NCBI GenBank assembly: GCA_017499595.2
Contig: CM039002.1
Coordinates: forward strand, 496,001 to 560,000
Direction of reading: 5' to 3'
Source: Psilocybe cubensis
Lineage: Eukaryota
DNA length: 64,000 nt
Shown here piece after piece: positions 1-14,400 of the stretch. Within the stretch, counting starts at the first letter, position 1. Every line of letters begins with the position of its first letter. Under the pieces are notes generated by a model. It made no database searches, was not told the DNA's origin, and saw only the letters and a list, made by a program, of their open reading frames with translations. Made by a program: the position numbers and the translations under genes.

Positions 1-1309
<1,309 letters not shown>

Positions 1310-1536
1310 TCAGTAATGATATACACCAAAAAAACAAGCCAGTCATTACAAACACATACAAATAATGTTGCTGAAACAGAAATGGGTGGACGGGTTGAAC
1401 CAAACTAGAATATAGGTTTGTATTTATATTCCTGTGCATGCATCTCATGTGAAATTTCTCAGCTTATCGTACGATAATTGATCTCCAGATTTTTGGATAG
1501 CTCAGAGAAAGCACCCTCCCTTAACCAGCAACCACC

Positions 1537-4500
1537 ATGCCGTCTCAACGGACAAAAAGTACACGCAGATCTAAGAAGAATACCCTATACAAAGGTGATG
1601 CTGATGCTGCAGAGGCTATAACGTACCAGTCTCACACAAGAAAGACGCGTACTGGTCGGGAGGTAACTGAACTGGTAAAGGTACCTCTTACAGGTCCACA
1701 GATTTATCGAAGAAAAGACACAGCTCACCTGCAAGGTGGACAATTATTTGAGGGCTACCAACCAGAACCAGAGTCACTGGGATTTGACTCTAATTCTGAC
1801 GAAGAAAATGTGGACCCTACGGCAGCGAAAAAGGTACCAGGTCTTTTCCTTTGCTACAAGTCTTTTTCTCCAGCGTTAAATTTTCAAAATAGACACAGCG
1901 ACACTATATAAACCAGTTTGTTGAAAGAGTCGACAGCCTACTCGAGGCTTTTATGAGCAGGGAAGCACCTACCCAGTCTGCCACTCCCCTCTGCACACAC
2001 TGTGAAGGGGGTGCAAAGGCTGCTTGGAGATGTTGGGACTGTTCATTGCCAGAGAATCTGTGCAGAAAATGCATGCGGCAAACTCATCGTACCAATCCAA
2101 TGCACAGGATTGAACAATGGATTGGTACACATTTTCAAAAGGCTGAGTTATGGGAGGTAGGAGGATACATCCTTATACCACATTGCACCAACACTCCAAT
2201 GTGTTCTGGTCTGAAGTTCCAAGCAGAGTTTCTTGAAGGAATCAAGGAACCCATTGATAAAACTGAGCAGACCCAACTGCAGGCAATGGATATGGGACGG
2301 GCGCCTATTCAACATGAACATCTTGATCACATAGACGCCCATGATGCTGAAATGGATGAAGCTGAAGACCCGCCGCCGCATCCTGATGATGTTTATGGGA
2401 TATCCGATGTGGATTTTAAAGAATACCTTGACCGTATAAGGGAAGAAGCTCTTCGAGGTACAACAGAGGTGGTGGAAGATGGCAACGATGATGCAGAGGT
2501 GAGAAAAGCCGATGCGGATATAACTTCCATGGCATCATTCTACCCGCAACATGTCCCGGTTGCCGACGCCCTCAACAACTCGTACGTGCGAGTAGTTCAC
2601 ACCAATGGACTTTATCATCTGGCAATGGTATCTTGTGTATGTGGCGGGTCCGATAAATTACCGTCGGACTTGGTCGCCAGTCGGTTTCTACCAACAAGTT
2701 TCAACCGCATCTGGACTTTGTTCTCCATTCAACTTTTGGATTACTTTAGATTATCAAACCTGGAGCTGAAGGCATCCACTTACCAATTCTACAACCTTAT
2801 ACGCCGCCTCACAAATCCAATATCACCATCTCTTGTGGCTAATCTGTACAACAAATTTCGAAGAATGACGAGGCTGTGGAGATGGATGAAGAAGCTAAAG
2901 TGGGCCGGCTTTGCAGGGCATAATGGAAGGAGTGCTTTGGATGTCAAGAAAGGGGAGTTAGCAGTGTTTTGCCCAGCATGTCCGCAGCCTGGTATCAATC
3001 TGGATGAAAACTGGAAGGATGACAAAAACCGGTGGGTTTACAAGAGGATTTTTGTGGCCGACGGAAATTTTAAAGCCAATCATGTTTGTACGGAAAAGCC
3101 ATCTCAGGATGTATGGTTATCCGAGGGATCTGGTATGATTCCAAAGCGTACAGAATACACAGAATTTTTAAAGTCTGCCATTGAAGCCTTGACGGTATTT
3201 GCTAGATATCATGATTACCATTTTTATTGAACTTATCAGTCATTTACAGGGAGCCCCATGCGAGAATACATTTCGAGCAATTCAAAACTTGCTACTATCT
3301 TCTTCATCTTGTGATATTACAGGAGTTGTTGGCATTGCATGCGCAAGGCATAGCTGCTATGCTCCCAATGCTCTTGTTGATTTATTCAAGGGTGAACAAC
3401 AAAAGAATGTGGACTTTGCACTACTAGCAGCTTTGAAATCGACTGGAGTGGACCCCGACCAGGGAGCAATGGTGATCTATGACATTATTTATCAATACAT
3501 CATCTATCTGCTTAAACGTATTGGACACCACCTTCCTCCAGGACTTAAAATTGATAGGGCAATAGGTATGTTCCACGTTCATGCCCACAAGGACCAATGC
3601 TTTTTCCGCTATGCTCCAACATTTATTCCCGGTGCGGCTTGCGTATGCAGCGAAATTTTGGAGCCACTGTGGTCGGATTTAAACGCTGTCTCCCCAGCAG
3701 CCCGCACAGCAACCTTGGCCCACCGTGCTGAGCTCCTAGACAAACACGCTTGTGATTCAAACCATAAGAAAATGCTTGGTATTACCCAATATCTTTGTAG
3801 GCGGCATGTAGAATCCAAAAAAAGGAGGGACGATTTACGTGAAGTTTTTTCCAACTTGACAAAATCCGCGGATCCTGAGACAATCCAGCTGTGGACAAAG
3901 CAGATTGAGGAGGCGGAAAGTAAAAGACTGACGGACCCATCAGTCATGGATATTTACACCGCAAAATGGCCAGGTTCTAATCCCGTTAGCATTGATGAAG
4001 TGGGTCCGGTATCACCATTGACATCACTTGAATCATGGATCCAATTTGCTTTGGTTGTTGAGGAAAAACAGTGAGTACCAGATTTATTTTACATTGGTAT
4101 TATTTGATAGATTCCACATAGACTTGACATACGTGTGCGGGCCAGACGCTTAGTCAATCAAGACCGACTGCCTGACCGTGTCAAATTGCAGAAGCTTTGA
4201 GAGACGTTGAAGGTCTTAATGAATCAGCTTCTGGTTCTTCAAAGAGCAGCTGGGGTGGTTCAAACTTCTACAAAAAGCATTGGACTACTGGAACAGCTTT
4301 TTATTGATTGGGAAGATGAAGAGGACGTACTTGCACCTGGAACCACACCAATAATACATGAAGAAATTGACAAGCAGCCTTTATGTCTGCCCTCAAACGG
4401 AACTGCACCCATGTCATATGCACCATGCGAGCTGAAGGCACGGATATCACAAGCGCGCGGACATCTCAATCAAATCCGGGAACTTATAGCGGAGAGATCT

Positions 4501-4991
4501 TTCACATATTCCGATATTGTGCGGAAAGGGCCTCGGAAAGGCGTTAGAACTCGAGGCCGCACTGTGGCAAATGAACTGAGGGATCGTATTTCTCTCCACG
4601 CCCTACCAGATGCGGATCCAAACTCCATAGGAGAAGATGCAGACCCGGCAACCGTTCTAGAATGTAAGTTCAACATAAAATCAAGCGTATTAATGGGCAC
4701 CTATTCAATTTTCAAGTCAAACGTGTCCACTGGTTAAGGGCCCGAGCACATTATCAACGGTGGCAAGAGGAAGCCACGTTAGTTAGGTATGAAATGCAAT
4801 GGACAGTGGCGTACTTTATCCACAAGCGCAACACCTGGAAACAAGCAATTTCAGAGGATCCAAATCTCACAGGGGAGGCAAGGGCATATGCATATCGCAA
4901 GATAGAGATGTGGAATTACTTGGCGTTGCTGAGTGACCAGTCATTTAGGCGCATAAATTCAAATTATACCCCTATGGAATCAATGGCCTAA
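1537..4991 (+). pseudogene. CxC2-KDZ (Kyakuja-Dileera-Zisupton) transposase, inactivated
   Basis: CxC2-like cluster (CTHC..WRCWDC..LCRKCMRQTHRTNPMHRIEQW; VVHTNG). KDZ core motifs LAVFCPACPQPGINL, DGNFKA, GIACARH, DLFKGEQQKNVD, YDI, AIGMFHVHAH, EILEPLWS, and C-terminal VHWLRARA..RWQEE. Introns at about 1834-1892, 3196-3250, 4071-4121 and 4663-4717. In-frame TGA at 4198-4200. Confidence 0.92.
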
Positions 4992-5060
4992 TTCATATAT
5001 ACCTGTAAAAATTTGAATATCAATGTTTCTTTCCTTTCTGCTTAAACCACCACCTTCGTC

Positions 5061-6965
5061 ATGAACAAGAAAGTTATACGCGCGTTCAATCTCTTCAACC
5101 TCCAGTTTGGCTCCGAGAGCTCTGCCCATGACTTTACACAGCGCGTCATTTACTGTGGGGCATCACAAATTCAAGAGGCCTTGATACACATCCTGAAGGC
5201 TTCAAATAATGCGCAGAGAAAATGGATGCAACGATTTCTTCAGATTGAATTGGTACGTTTTCTCTTTTACAAGTTCCTATATGATTATCACAGTAGCTTG
5301 GCAATATTGTTGCCACGTGGCTTCTAATCTTATCTATGACGCCACAGAACTACATATTAATGGGTATTGGACAATTGTGCGCGCTTGGGTGGGACGTTCA
5401 AATCCCGTTCATTATCCGATCTCTTGCGGACAGTCTCGCAGCGGCTCCGGCCCACACTCTTCCTCTGAAGATCAAGGACGAATTTCTTATGGCGGTTGCT
5501 AGTGCTACTGCTGAAAACTCTCTTGATAAACGTGTCGAATCATATGTTCACGATTGGTGGACATTAAAGGATGAACCACCCACTTCGGAGGCTCTCAACC
5601 GCTCGAACATGCAGGAAATTATTGCCTACCACGAACGTCAATTCCTCAAGACATTTGGGATTAGTTTTGACGATGCGTTGTCCGACGCTCCAACTCTGGG
5701 TCCTGATGATCCCTCTGGGAACACCAGCAATGATCCAATCATTGACCCTGTCCCTACCTTGAAGCTCATCCAGCCTATTCAGCTTGTGCCCGACGCCACT
5801 AAATCATCAGATTGTGAAAACTGCAACAAGTTGCATGACCTATCCGTTGATTTGCTTAATCAACTCAGAGGAGCGAAGGCCATTTTTGCTTCGCATGTTG
5901 TCTCTGCATGCAATCAGGTAGGCTGTGTTGGTAGGCGCGCCCTTGCTCTTTTTGAATTGTACGAGGCGTCTCAGAGACTTGCGGATAACGATGGCACATT
6001 GGGATCTGCGGCATCAAATGCGGACAATATATTGGGTCCGCAGGGTAAATGGACTTGGGGAAGGGACCTCACAATCAAGGAGGTTTCCACGCTCGCAGCT
6101 GGGCAAGTCTCAGATCCAGGCAGGTATCTGCATACGGGCTACAAAGAGAGCCTGGAGGATGGGAGCTTGATATCGCGTTCCCAATTCCAGCCAAAGATGA
6201 CGACGTCCGACAACTCTGCCAAGTCAGTAACACACACACACAGTGGCATCGGGCCCGACGACGGCGGGGCGGATTGCAACTCGAATGCAAATGGCGGGGT
6301 CGACGGCGGGCCCGCAATTAGCAGCGCCGGGTCCGACATTGCATCTGAGTTTCATTCCACTGCAACAACCCAGCTTCCACCTTATTTTGAATTTGGGACT
6401 GATGGTGAGTCCACATCCAGTCAAGGTGAGCTCAACAATGGCACCAATGACAGCAGGTCCATGGACGGTGAAGATGCCAGCATCTTTGAGTCCGCCATGG
6501 ATTTTTGGTATAGTCCTGGAGATTCCGACACAAACCAGGACTCAAACACCGTTGCCGCGGTGGATGGGATTGCTATCAGCGACAATTCCACCGAGAGTGA
6601 CGATGACGACTATAGCGGTGACAATGCCTTTGACCAAGTTGCCGCACTGTTTGGAGGGGACTCTAGCTCGGAAAGTGAAGGTATGTGTCATGATTTTCCA
6701 CATGTTTTCTCACTGACATATGGTTCCAGATGTGGGAGACTCAGCGGAGGATGCAGATGGAAACATACAGCGGGAAAATACACCTCGGCAATATACCGTC
6801 CTCGATTTCCTTCACTTGGATGCTGGCATGTTTGATGACGAAGACGACTCCGATGAAAGCTACAACCCCAACAATGAACAAGACTCCGATGGCGACCTCA
6901 ATGACAACTCTGACTCTGACTCTGACTCTGATTCCAACACATCAGATGCAGAGAATATGGAATAG
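5061..6965 (+). CDS. Hypothetical protein with acidic low-complexity C-terminus, probable KDZ passenger
   Basis: ORFs 5061-5327, 5336-6835 and 6720-6965 can be joined through short GT..AG introns (near 5250-5300 and 6680-6730). D/S-rich tail. Confidence 0.55.
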
Positions 6966-7214
6966 GAGGCTTAAAGACTCAATTGTGCATGGCTATACTA
7001 GGTAGATGTTACATACTAGCTTTACCTATCAATTTCCTACTGTGTTGTTGCAAAATATTTTCTTTCCTGGCCTTCTGCATATGAAGAGATGAAACTAAGT
7101 GAAATGTCAAAGTTTGATCTTCAAGCAAATAACAGAGTCCACAGAAGTTCAAAATAACTATCAAAAATATAGCATACTAGAAGCCTGAGGAGATTATGTG
7201 CGAGTAACAATGGT

Positions 7215-9010
7215 ACGCAGCGGCCGGCGGGTCATGGCGGTGTGCAGCGGCCTGCGTAAAGTTGGTGGCAAGCGGAGGTGCGGAGGTGCAGTGCGGCGGG
7301 AAGCAGCGGCGGGCAGTGGGTGAGAAGTGGCGGTGCATAGCGAGCGGGCAGCGGGTATGGGCAGCAGCGGCGGTGCAGTGCGGGTAGCAAGCAATGGTGT
7401 GGCGCGGGTAGCAAGCGGGGCAGTAGCGAGCGGGGGTAGCGAGCGGGGCAGTAGCGAGCGGGGTAGCGAGCGGGGCAGTAGCGAGCGGGCAGCAGCAGTG
7501 GTGGTGCGGTGCGGGTAGCAAGCGAACAGCGGGTATGGGCAGTAGTGGCGGTGCGGTGCGGGTAGCGAGCGGTGTGGATATCGAGTGGTGCGGGTTGTGA
7601 GCGGTGGGGCGGGTATGGGCAGTAGCAGTGCGGGTAGCGAGCAATAGCGCGCGGGTGGTGGGTATGGGCAGCAGCAGCAGTGCGGTGCGGGTAGCAAGCA
7701 AACGGCGGGTATGGGCAGCAGCAGCAGCACGGTGCGGGTAGCGAGCAGTGGTGTAATGCGGGTAATGAGCGGGGCAGTAGCAAGCGGGCAGCAGCAGTGG
7801 CGGTGCTGTGCATGTAGCAAGCGGTGTGGGTATCGAGTGGTGCGGGTCGTGAGCGGTGGGGCGGATATGGGAAGCAGCAGTGCGGGTAGCAAGCAGTAGC
7901 GCACGGGTGGTGGGTATGGGCTGCTCAGCGGTGCAGTGCGGGTAGAAAGCGGGTGGCAGGTATGGGCAGCAGTGGCGGTGCGGTGCGGGTAGCAAGCGGT
8001 GCGGGTAGGGAGCGGTGCGGCGGGTATGGGCAGCGGCAGTGCAGGTAGCAAGCAGTGGCGTGGTGCGGGCAGCGAGCGGGGCAGTAGCGCGCGGGCGGTG
8101 GGTATGGGCAGCAGCAGCAGCAGCGGCGGTGCGGTGTGGGTAGCAAGCGGTGCGGGTAGCAAGAGCCATGCGGGTAGCAAGCGGTGCACTAGCAAGCGGG
8201 CGGCGGGTAGCAAAGCAGCAGCGGTGCGGTGTGGGCAGCAAGCAGCGCATGCAGCTGGTGGAAAGTAGGTGTGGGCGGTTGGGATGTGCGGGTAGCAAGC
8301 AGCGGTGGTGCAATGTGGGTAGCACGCAGCGCATGCAGCAGGTGGGGTATGGGGAGCGGCACCGGGCAGTGGGTGGGACGGAGTGGTGCGTGCGGGTAGC
8401 GAGCAGCGCGCGCAGCAGGTGGGAAGCTGTCAGGGCAACACTATAATCAGTGTGACAAGGCCACCAACAAAGATTAAGCAAGAGAGAGAGAGAGAGAGCA
8501 GAGGGAGAGTAAGAGAGCAAAGAGAGAATAAGAGAGTGAGAGAGATTCAATGGTTCTAAGAGATCACACCAATGATAGTGGATATCCTAAGAGATTGAAG
8601 CTGAAGCTACAGCTACCTACAAGTCTAGTATTTATACTCTACAGCTATTCTAGAATATTCCCTACATTACATCATAAAGGAAGGTTAAAGAATAAAAGTG
8701 ACATCATATAGAAAAAGGATGAGTAAGACTAGGAATCATATAGAATTTACTAGAAAGAAGTGGAGCAAGAAGGCTGTGATGAAAGAAATAAACTATCTAA
8801 TCAGATAATTGATAAGATAATGAAAGGATAAGATAATTCTGTGAAGATAAAGAGGGGAAACTGGAGAAACCCTGACAGAAGCGGTGGTACGGTGCGGGTA
8901 GCGAGCGGTGGCGGTGCAGTGTGGGTAGCAAGTCGTGCAGGCGGTGGGTCATGGTGGTGCGCAGGCCGGCGCACAGCGGGTGGGAAGCAGTGGGGCCGCA
9001 CGGTGCAGCG
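7215..9010. repeat. Degenerate GC-rich minisatellite (GCGGTGCGGGTAGC(A/G)AGC and GGGTATGGGCAGCAGC modules), interrupted by a solo LTR
   Basis: Dozens of visible copies of the modules in 7215-8427, resuming at 8883-9010. Confidence 0.9.
8428..8877 (-). mobile_element. Solo LTR of an LTR retrotransposon (450 bp)
   Basis: Begins TGTCAGGG and ends CCCTGACA (8-bp inverted termini, TG..CA). 5-bp TSD GAAGC at 8423-8427 and 8878-8882. AT-rich, unlike the flanks. TATAAATA on the minus strand at 8629-8636. Confidence 0.9.
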
Positions 9011-9499
9011 CATGAATCCCAAGCAGAGTTGGAATGAACCCTACCAGAATCTTAGGTCATGCAAATAGTAGAAATCCCAGGTTCTGGAAAGCATCCCAGG
9101 AATGGCCATACATGATTTGGTTTCAATATTACAATTATTGTATACCAATCATCTATTCTTGATTGAAAGATGCTTTCTTGGTGGCTATTGATGACTACAG
9201 TGCTCAGATTTAATGAATGCATATGAAGTGCAACAGTGCTGAACTTCCTTACTAGGAACTAACAGATTCACTGTTTCAATGAATTCTTTGAACCCATAAA
9301 GCATTGTACGTGATCATTGTCATTGAGTCATATAATATTGTACAATCTAGTATGTCTACCTGCTTACCTGAGTTCAAGACAGAAAGTTGTTTTTCCATCG
9401 CAGCAAGCAAGAAACATGTATACCCTGGATCAGAACAGATGAATAAGTCAGTTAATTTGCCAGCTATCATGCCTCCCACGTACTGTTTTTTGTAAGCTG

Positions 9500-10780
9500 A
9501 GACATAAGTCAAGGGTTGGGAAATTCAAGAAAGCAAAGTTGTTAGGGAAAGAGTGCTCCTGGCTGACGCCGCCAACGGTGTATCCTTTAAGTTCCTATGG
9601 TTCAGCAATGATGACCCATTTGGTTGTCCAAACGGGGATAATTTGTAGATCTTCTGATGAGAACCAAAGCGGGCACAGATGTCCATACGCCTTAAGGTCC
9701 AATGAAGGTTCGCAAAATGCATGGCGTCCAATGCATCGCTCAACATTGTCTTGGATTCGAGACCATCCAAAGTAGTCCAGCGATAGAAGGTAAGCATTTC
9801 ACATTCCGAATTGCTTCAGAAACTTTGCGAACTTTTGCTAGCATCAATCTTTACGTCGCGCAGCCAGAATTTTCTTTACATTGCGCAGCCAGAATTTATG
9901 GAGGGGGAACCTTGGTGTGTTTTTGAATTGTTTCATTGTACGGATTGGCCTACTTAACTGTTATTTTTAGCCATTGCAGCTGCCAATATTAGGCTGGAGA
10001 CAGCGACTGCTGCCTGGCATTGCATTCACAAGAAACGCAGGGAGAATTGCCCTGCAAATTGGGAGGACATTCATAAGGAGTTCAAGGATGCCAAAGAATT
10101 ATTGACCGCTCTTCTCAAAGGTAGGTCCCACTATGTATAATTCACAAATGAATCAACTAACCTTGTTGTCTATATCAAGATCGCAAAAGTAAAGAGATCA
10201 ATCAAGAGACTCTCGACAGCGTTTCAAATTTGGAAACAACCGCAGGCTTCATGGTATGCTAGTTTTTGTATAAAAAAGTGTTCCTTATTGCCTCATTTAT
10301 TGCCCTTAGTCAACCAGCTCAGCAACCAGTTATTTAGCTGCTATAGTTGCATCCACTATCTCCAAGGTTCCTCTTGCGCCTGTGGAACAAACTACGGGAG
10401 CCCCAGCTACTATTTTACAACCTAAGACATGGGATCGTACAATTGTAAGTCATTATGGTACTTGTGGATATGCTACTAATGCGACAAATTTTCTCATTCA
10501 GATCGATGAGAATCAAGTTGAGGAAACTATGCCAGCGGAGAAAGAGCCAGTGACCGGCCCTCCCAGAAAGGTCGGTAATTGCTATGTTAATATGCATTAG
10601 GCCACTCACTAACTGCTGATTTGCTTTAGGATGACGAACCTTGTGCGCCTACCAACAGTGTGGTGTACAAAGGCCCAGTGACGGAATCTGCTATCAAGGT
10701 CAGTCGTTACGGTGTTATATTTTCCATGGACAATGAATGAACTAAATATTTTACTCACCAATCACGTAGTCCACCGTTGA
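9500..10780 (+). pseudogene. Decayed multi-exon gene of unknown function
   Basis: Series of short GT..AG introns with coding-like exons (e.g. AIAAANIRLETATAAWHCIHKKRRENCPANWEDIHKEFKDAKELL near 9970-10120). No continuous frame. Boundaries approximate. Confidence 0.35.
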
Positions 10781-11486
10781 TGATGCCAACATTGATCTGT
10801 GTCAGGGTATATATTGGTGCCACCCCTATCCGTTATCATTATCTGTTACGGTCCCACGCTGTCATGCCTTGTTCTATCTTTGTGTTCGGTCCCACGTCTA
10901 TCATTCTCCTGTTTCATCTATTGATAGTTGTCATATGTCGAGTACTCTGGTCCGGGAAGTAGTTACTCCGGTCTCCATGTAGGGTTGCCAAAGTTCGGTT
11001 CAGTTCGGTTCGGAGCCCAATTTTTGCTGAACCAGAACTGAACTGACTAAAAATTTCTGAACCTGAACTGAACTGAACCCAAACCGTTAGAACCGGTTCA
11101 GTCGGTTCGGTTCTGGTTCGGTTCTGGTTCGAACTGATTGAACTGACAAATTTTTAAAGATAATATTTTAAAAAATATAACAAGATATTTAAATAGATTC
11201 CCAATCCATAGGCTCATGAGCCTTAGCCTCATTAGCAGCAGTCATTAGTTGAGACTTGTAGCAACCTTTGAGAATTTGAAGATACCCAAAGAGTTCTGGA
11301 TCCATCTGGTTACGATTGAGAACATCAGTCAATCCACCAGCTGAAAAAGAGCGTTCAGCAGCTACAGATGAGCCTTGAATAGCCAAATAGTCACGTGCAA
11401 TCCGTGAAAGGGTAGGATATTGCTTTGAATGATACTAAGTAATGCATTAGATAAAATAAAAGAATAAACTATCAAATTACTTACAT

Positions 11487-14400
11487 TGGTGGTAACCAAT
11501 CCCTTATGCGTGTGACCGCGGGTGACTTGGGTCGTCACACTGTGACACCACCCATATCTTGAGACATTGACTTTATGCTTCATGCATTGGTAGCATAAAT
11601 TGTAAAATGGCTCCAATATAACTATATAATATATATCTACACTCTGTGAAAGTAGCTAAGGCTAAGATGCAATGTGTCTTTTCAAAATGCGAAATGTTAC
11701 TGTTTTCCCTGCCAAAAATAGTGCTCTTGACTATATAACTATTATCATTACAGCGGATAATGCTATCAGAATGGTTGATAGAGCAAAAAGTATCTATTTT
11801 CAATTCTAAACAACTCTATCAGAGCGGAATTTTCGATTTCTCTTTCATTGCTGAGATATACCCCCAAAATAGCGGTTTTTAGATACTTAGAGAGAGAAAA
11901 TAAAAATTTCGCTCTGACCACGTTGTTTGTATTGAAAAATAGACCAATTTCGCCCCCTAAATCATACCTTGAATCGATGTTCTCAGTGAGCTATTCTCCT
12001 CGTATTGATTTACCTGCAAAATGACAATAACACAGCCACTGATTGCATTCCCGAACGGGCCGGAAATGTCCCGCGACTGCCACACGGATGCCTCGCACAC
12101 TCAAAATAGTCTCGAAACAGCGTATATATACACAGAGGCTGCGCAGAAACACTTCTTTCCCCTTTACCACCATCATCTCCACACACGACTGCTCAATCTT
12201 GTTGTTCCTTGCATTTTTGGACCCAATATCTTTGATTCTTCTCCCTTTTGACCACATATTGACTGTGTATATCTCCAGTAAGTAGATTTCTTTATTTTAG
12301 AGTTGTACTATTGCTGAATAAATTTAACAGTCTCTTTTTTGCAACCTATAAGCCTGCTTTTAAATAGCTTTTTGTCTGTAACCTTTGGTGAGCTATTATA
12401 TAAAGCTAGGATGTATTATTCTAATTTATTATTTTGCTATATGCAAGATTTCTTGACTATCATGCCGCCTGGCAAAGCAAAACGGGTTGTATCCATTGCA
12501 GCAGCCAGAGAGGCTAAAGCAGAGAAGAAAGCTGCGCTTGACTCAGAGACTGCATTGGAGAGTCTTTGGGAAGAACTTAAAGCTGCACAATTGCATATCA
12601 AGGAATTGGAGACCATGCTTTCTAAAAAGGAAAAGGAGTGTGCTGGTCTAAGTTTAAGGCTTGAAAGTGCTCTTTTGGAGTTAGACAAGCATAAGAACGA
12701 AGCCTCCTTGATGAAGTCCAAAAGCAAAGACACTTATCATGAGCTTCGCATGCAACGTCAAACTACAAAGCGCTGGAAAGCTAAAAACTCTCAATTAGAG
12801 GAACAAATTATGATTTTAAAGACAGCGGAGGAACAAGCATCCATACAGCATTTACGTGGAGCTCAGCAGTCACATGAATCCTACTTATCACTTAAAAAGG
12901 CTAATGAAGAATTGCGAGACACCTTATCTAAATCCTTATCCCAATGGTCTCTCCAACTGGCTGATGCACATTCCAAGCTCAGTATATCCAATGACCGTCT
13001 GCAGGATCTTCAAAAAGAGGCACTGAATCTGCGCAAAACCTTGGAATACACCAAAGCTACCAAGAGTGAAGCTCTTGCTAATTTGCGTCATAAAATTTAT
13101 CAAGAGCGATCTGTTCATCATTTGACTAGCAAAGGAGTTATTACAGAAAGCACTCGGGATGTTGTTTGTCTTCTTGTTAAGGCTGGCTGCTCACGCAATT
13201 ACATCCAAGATGTTATAGTAGCCGTGTTAAAATCTGCAGGATTGGAAGCTATTGGTGGAATCAGTCGGGCTTCAGTGTCTCGCATTCTTCGCGAAGGTTA
13301 CTTTGCTGCACAAATTCAACTTGGATATGAAATGAAGAATACAGATGGAATGACCTTTAGTGCCGATGGTACAGGCCACCGGAGTATCAATTATAATTCC
13401 TGACATGTTCATCTTCTTGCAAAAGACTACACAACACTTGATGATACCACATCTGAACAGCATGTTACTCGTTCACTTGGAATCCAATCTTCACGGGATG
13501 GTACAAGTGCAGAAGCTGTAGCAGATTGGCAAAAATCATTGGAGGGAATTCTTAACATTTACAACAATAGTCCACTTGGCAAGCGATCTGGATCCATTTT
13601 TAAAATTGCAGAACTCTTTATAAAACTTATGGGGATGAATACCAATCATTGTGCAAAGGAAAAGAAGGATGCTCGTTTATTAGAGGCAATAAAAGCAGCT
13701 GCAGTTGATCAACAGCTTGGAGAGGAAAGAATGCTTGAAATGTCTTTTGAAGAAGTTTCAGAATATTTTCAAAAGGCTGAAGCGGCTATGATAAAGAAGG
13801 CAGGAGGGCAGAAAAAATGGGATGCTTTATCAGATATCCAAAAAGGAGAAAGAAAAACTGTTATGTTGGAGACTGCAATTGCGCAACTTGGAAAGACTGC
13901 TTTTGATAGCCTTCCAGACTCTGAAAAGCGACTTCTTCGATTATTCATTTGGGCTGGATGTGGATGCCACAAAGACTTAAACACAGTCAAGGGTGGCTAT
14001 ATAGCAATGCTTAGGTGGTGGAATGAGAATGAAAGTGATGATGTTATCCGTCCAGTTCTGTTGGCAAATCGTGACAATGATCCTGTTATACAAGAGCGTG
14101 CTGCTATACTTGAGGGCGGAAATATACCCACAGCTGCTCAGGAGAGAGCCTTTTCTAAATCAACTCGAGGCGCAATTAAAACTGCTGAAATTGCTGGAGC
14201 TATCTTCAACCACAAGGATGATAAGAAAGGGCACCATGATGTATTCCACTTTTGGTGGTGGGAGCATATTGGAGTTCCATTTACATTTCCAGATACTTCC
14301 AACAATCGGTTTCAATCCTATTGCGATGCATCTGCTGCACTTCTTTTGTATAAAGAAGAGTTCAAGCTGTTTTTGGAAAATCTCCGTATCAACAAACAAA

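Noticed and set aside
7177..8550. Long overlapping ORFs (457, 339, 193 aa)
   Set aside because: Artefacts of a stop-poor GC minisatellite; the longest starts inside the solo LTR.
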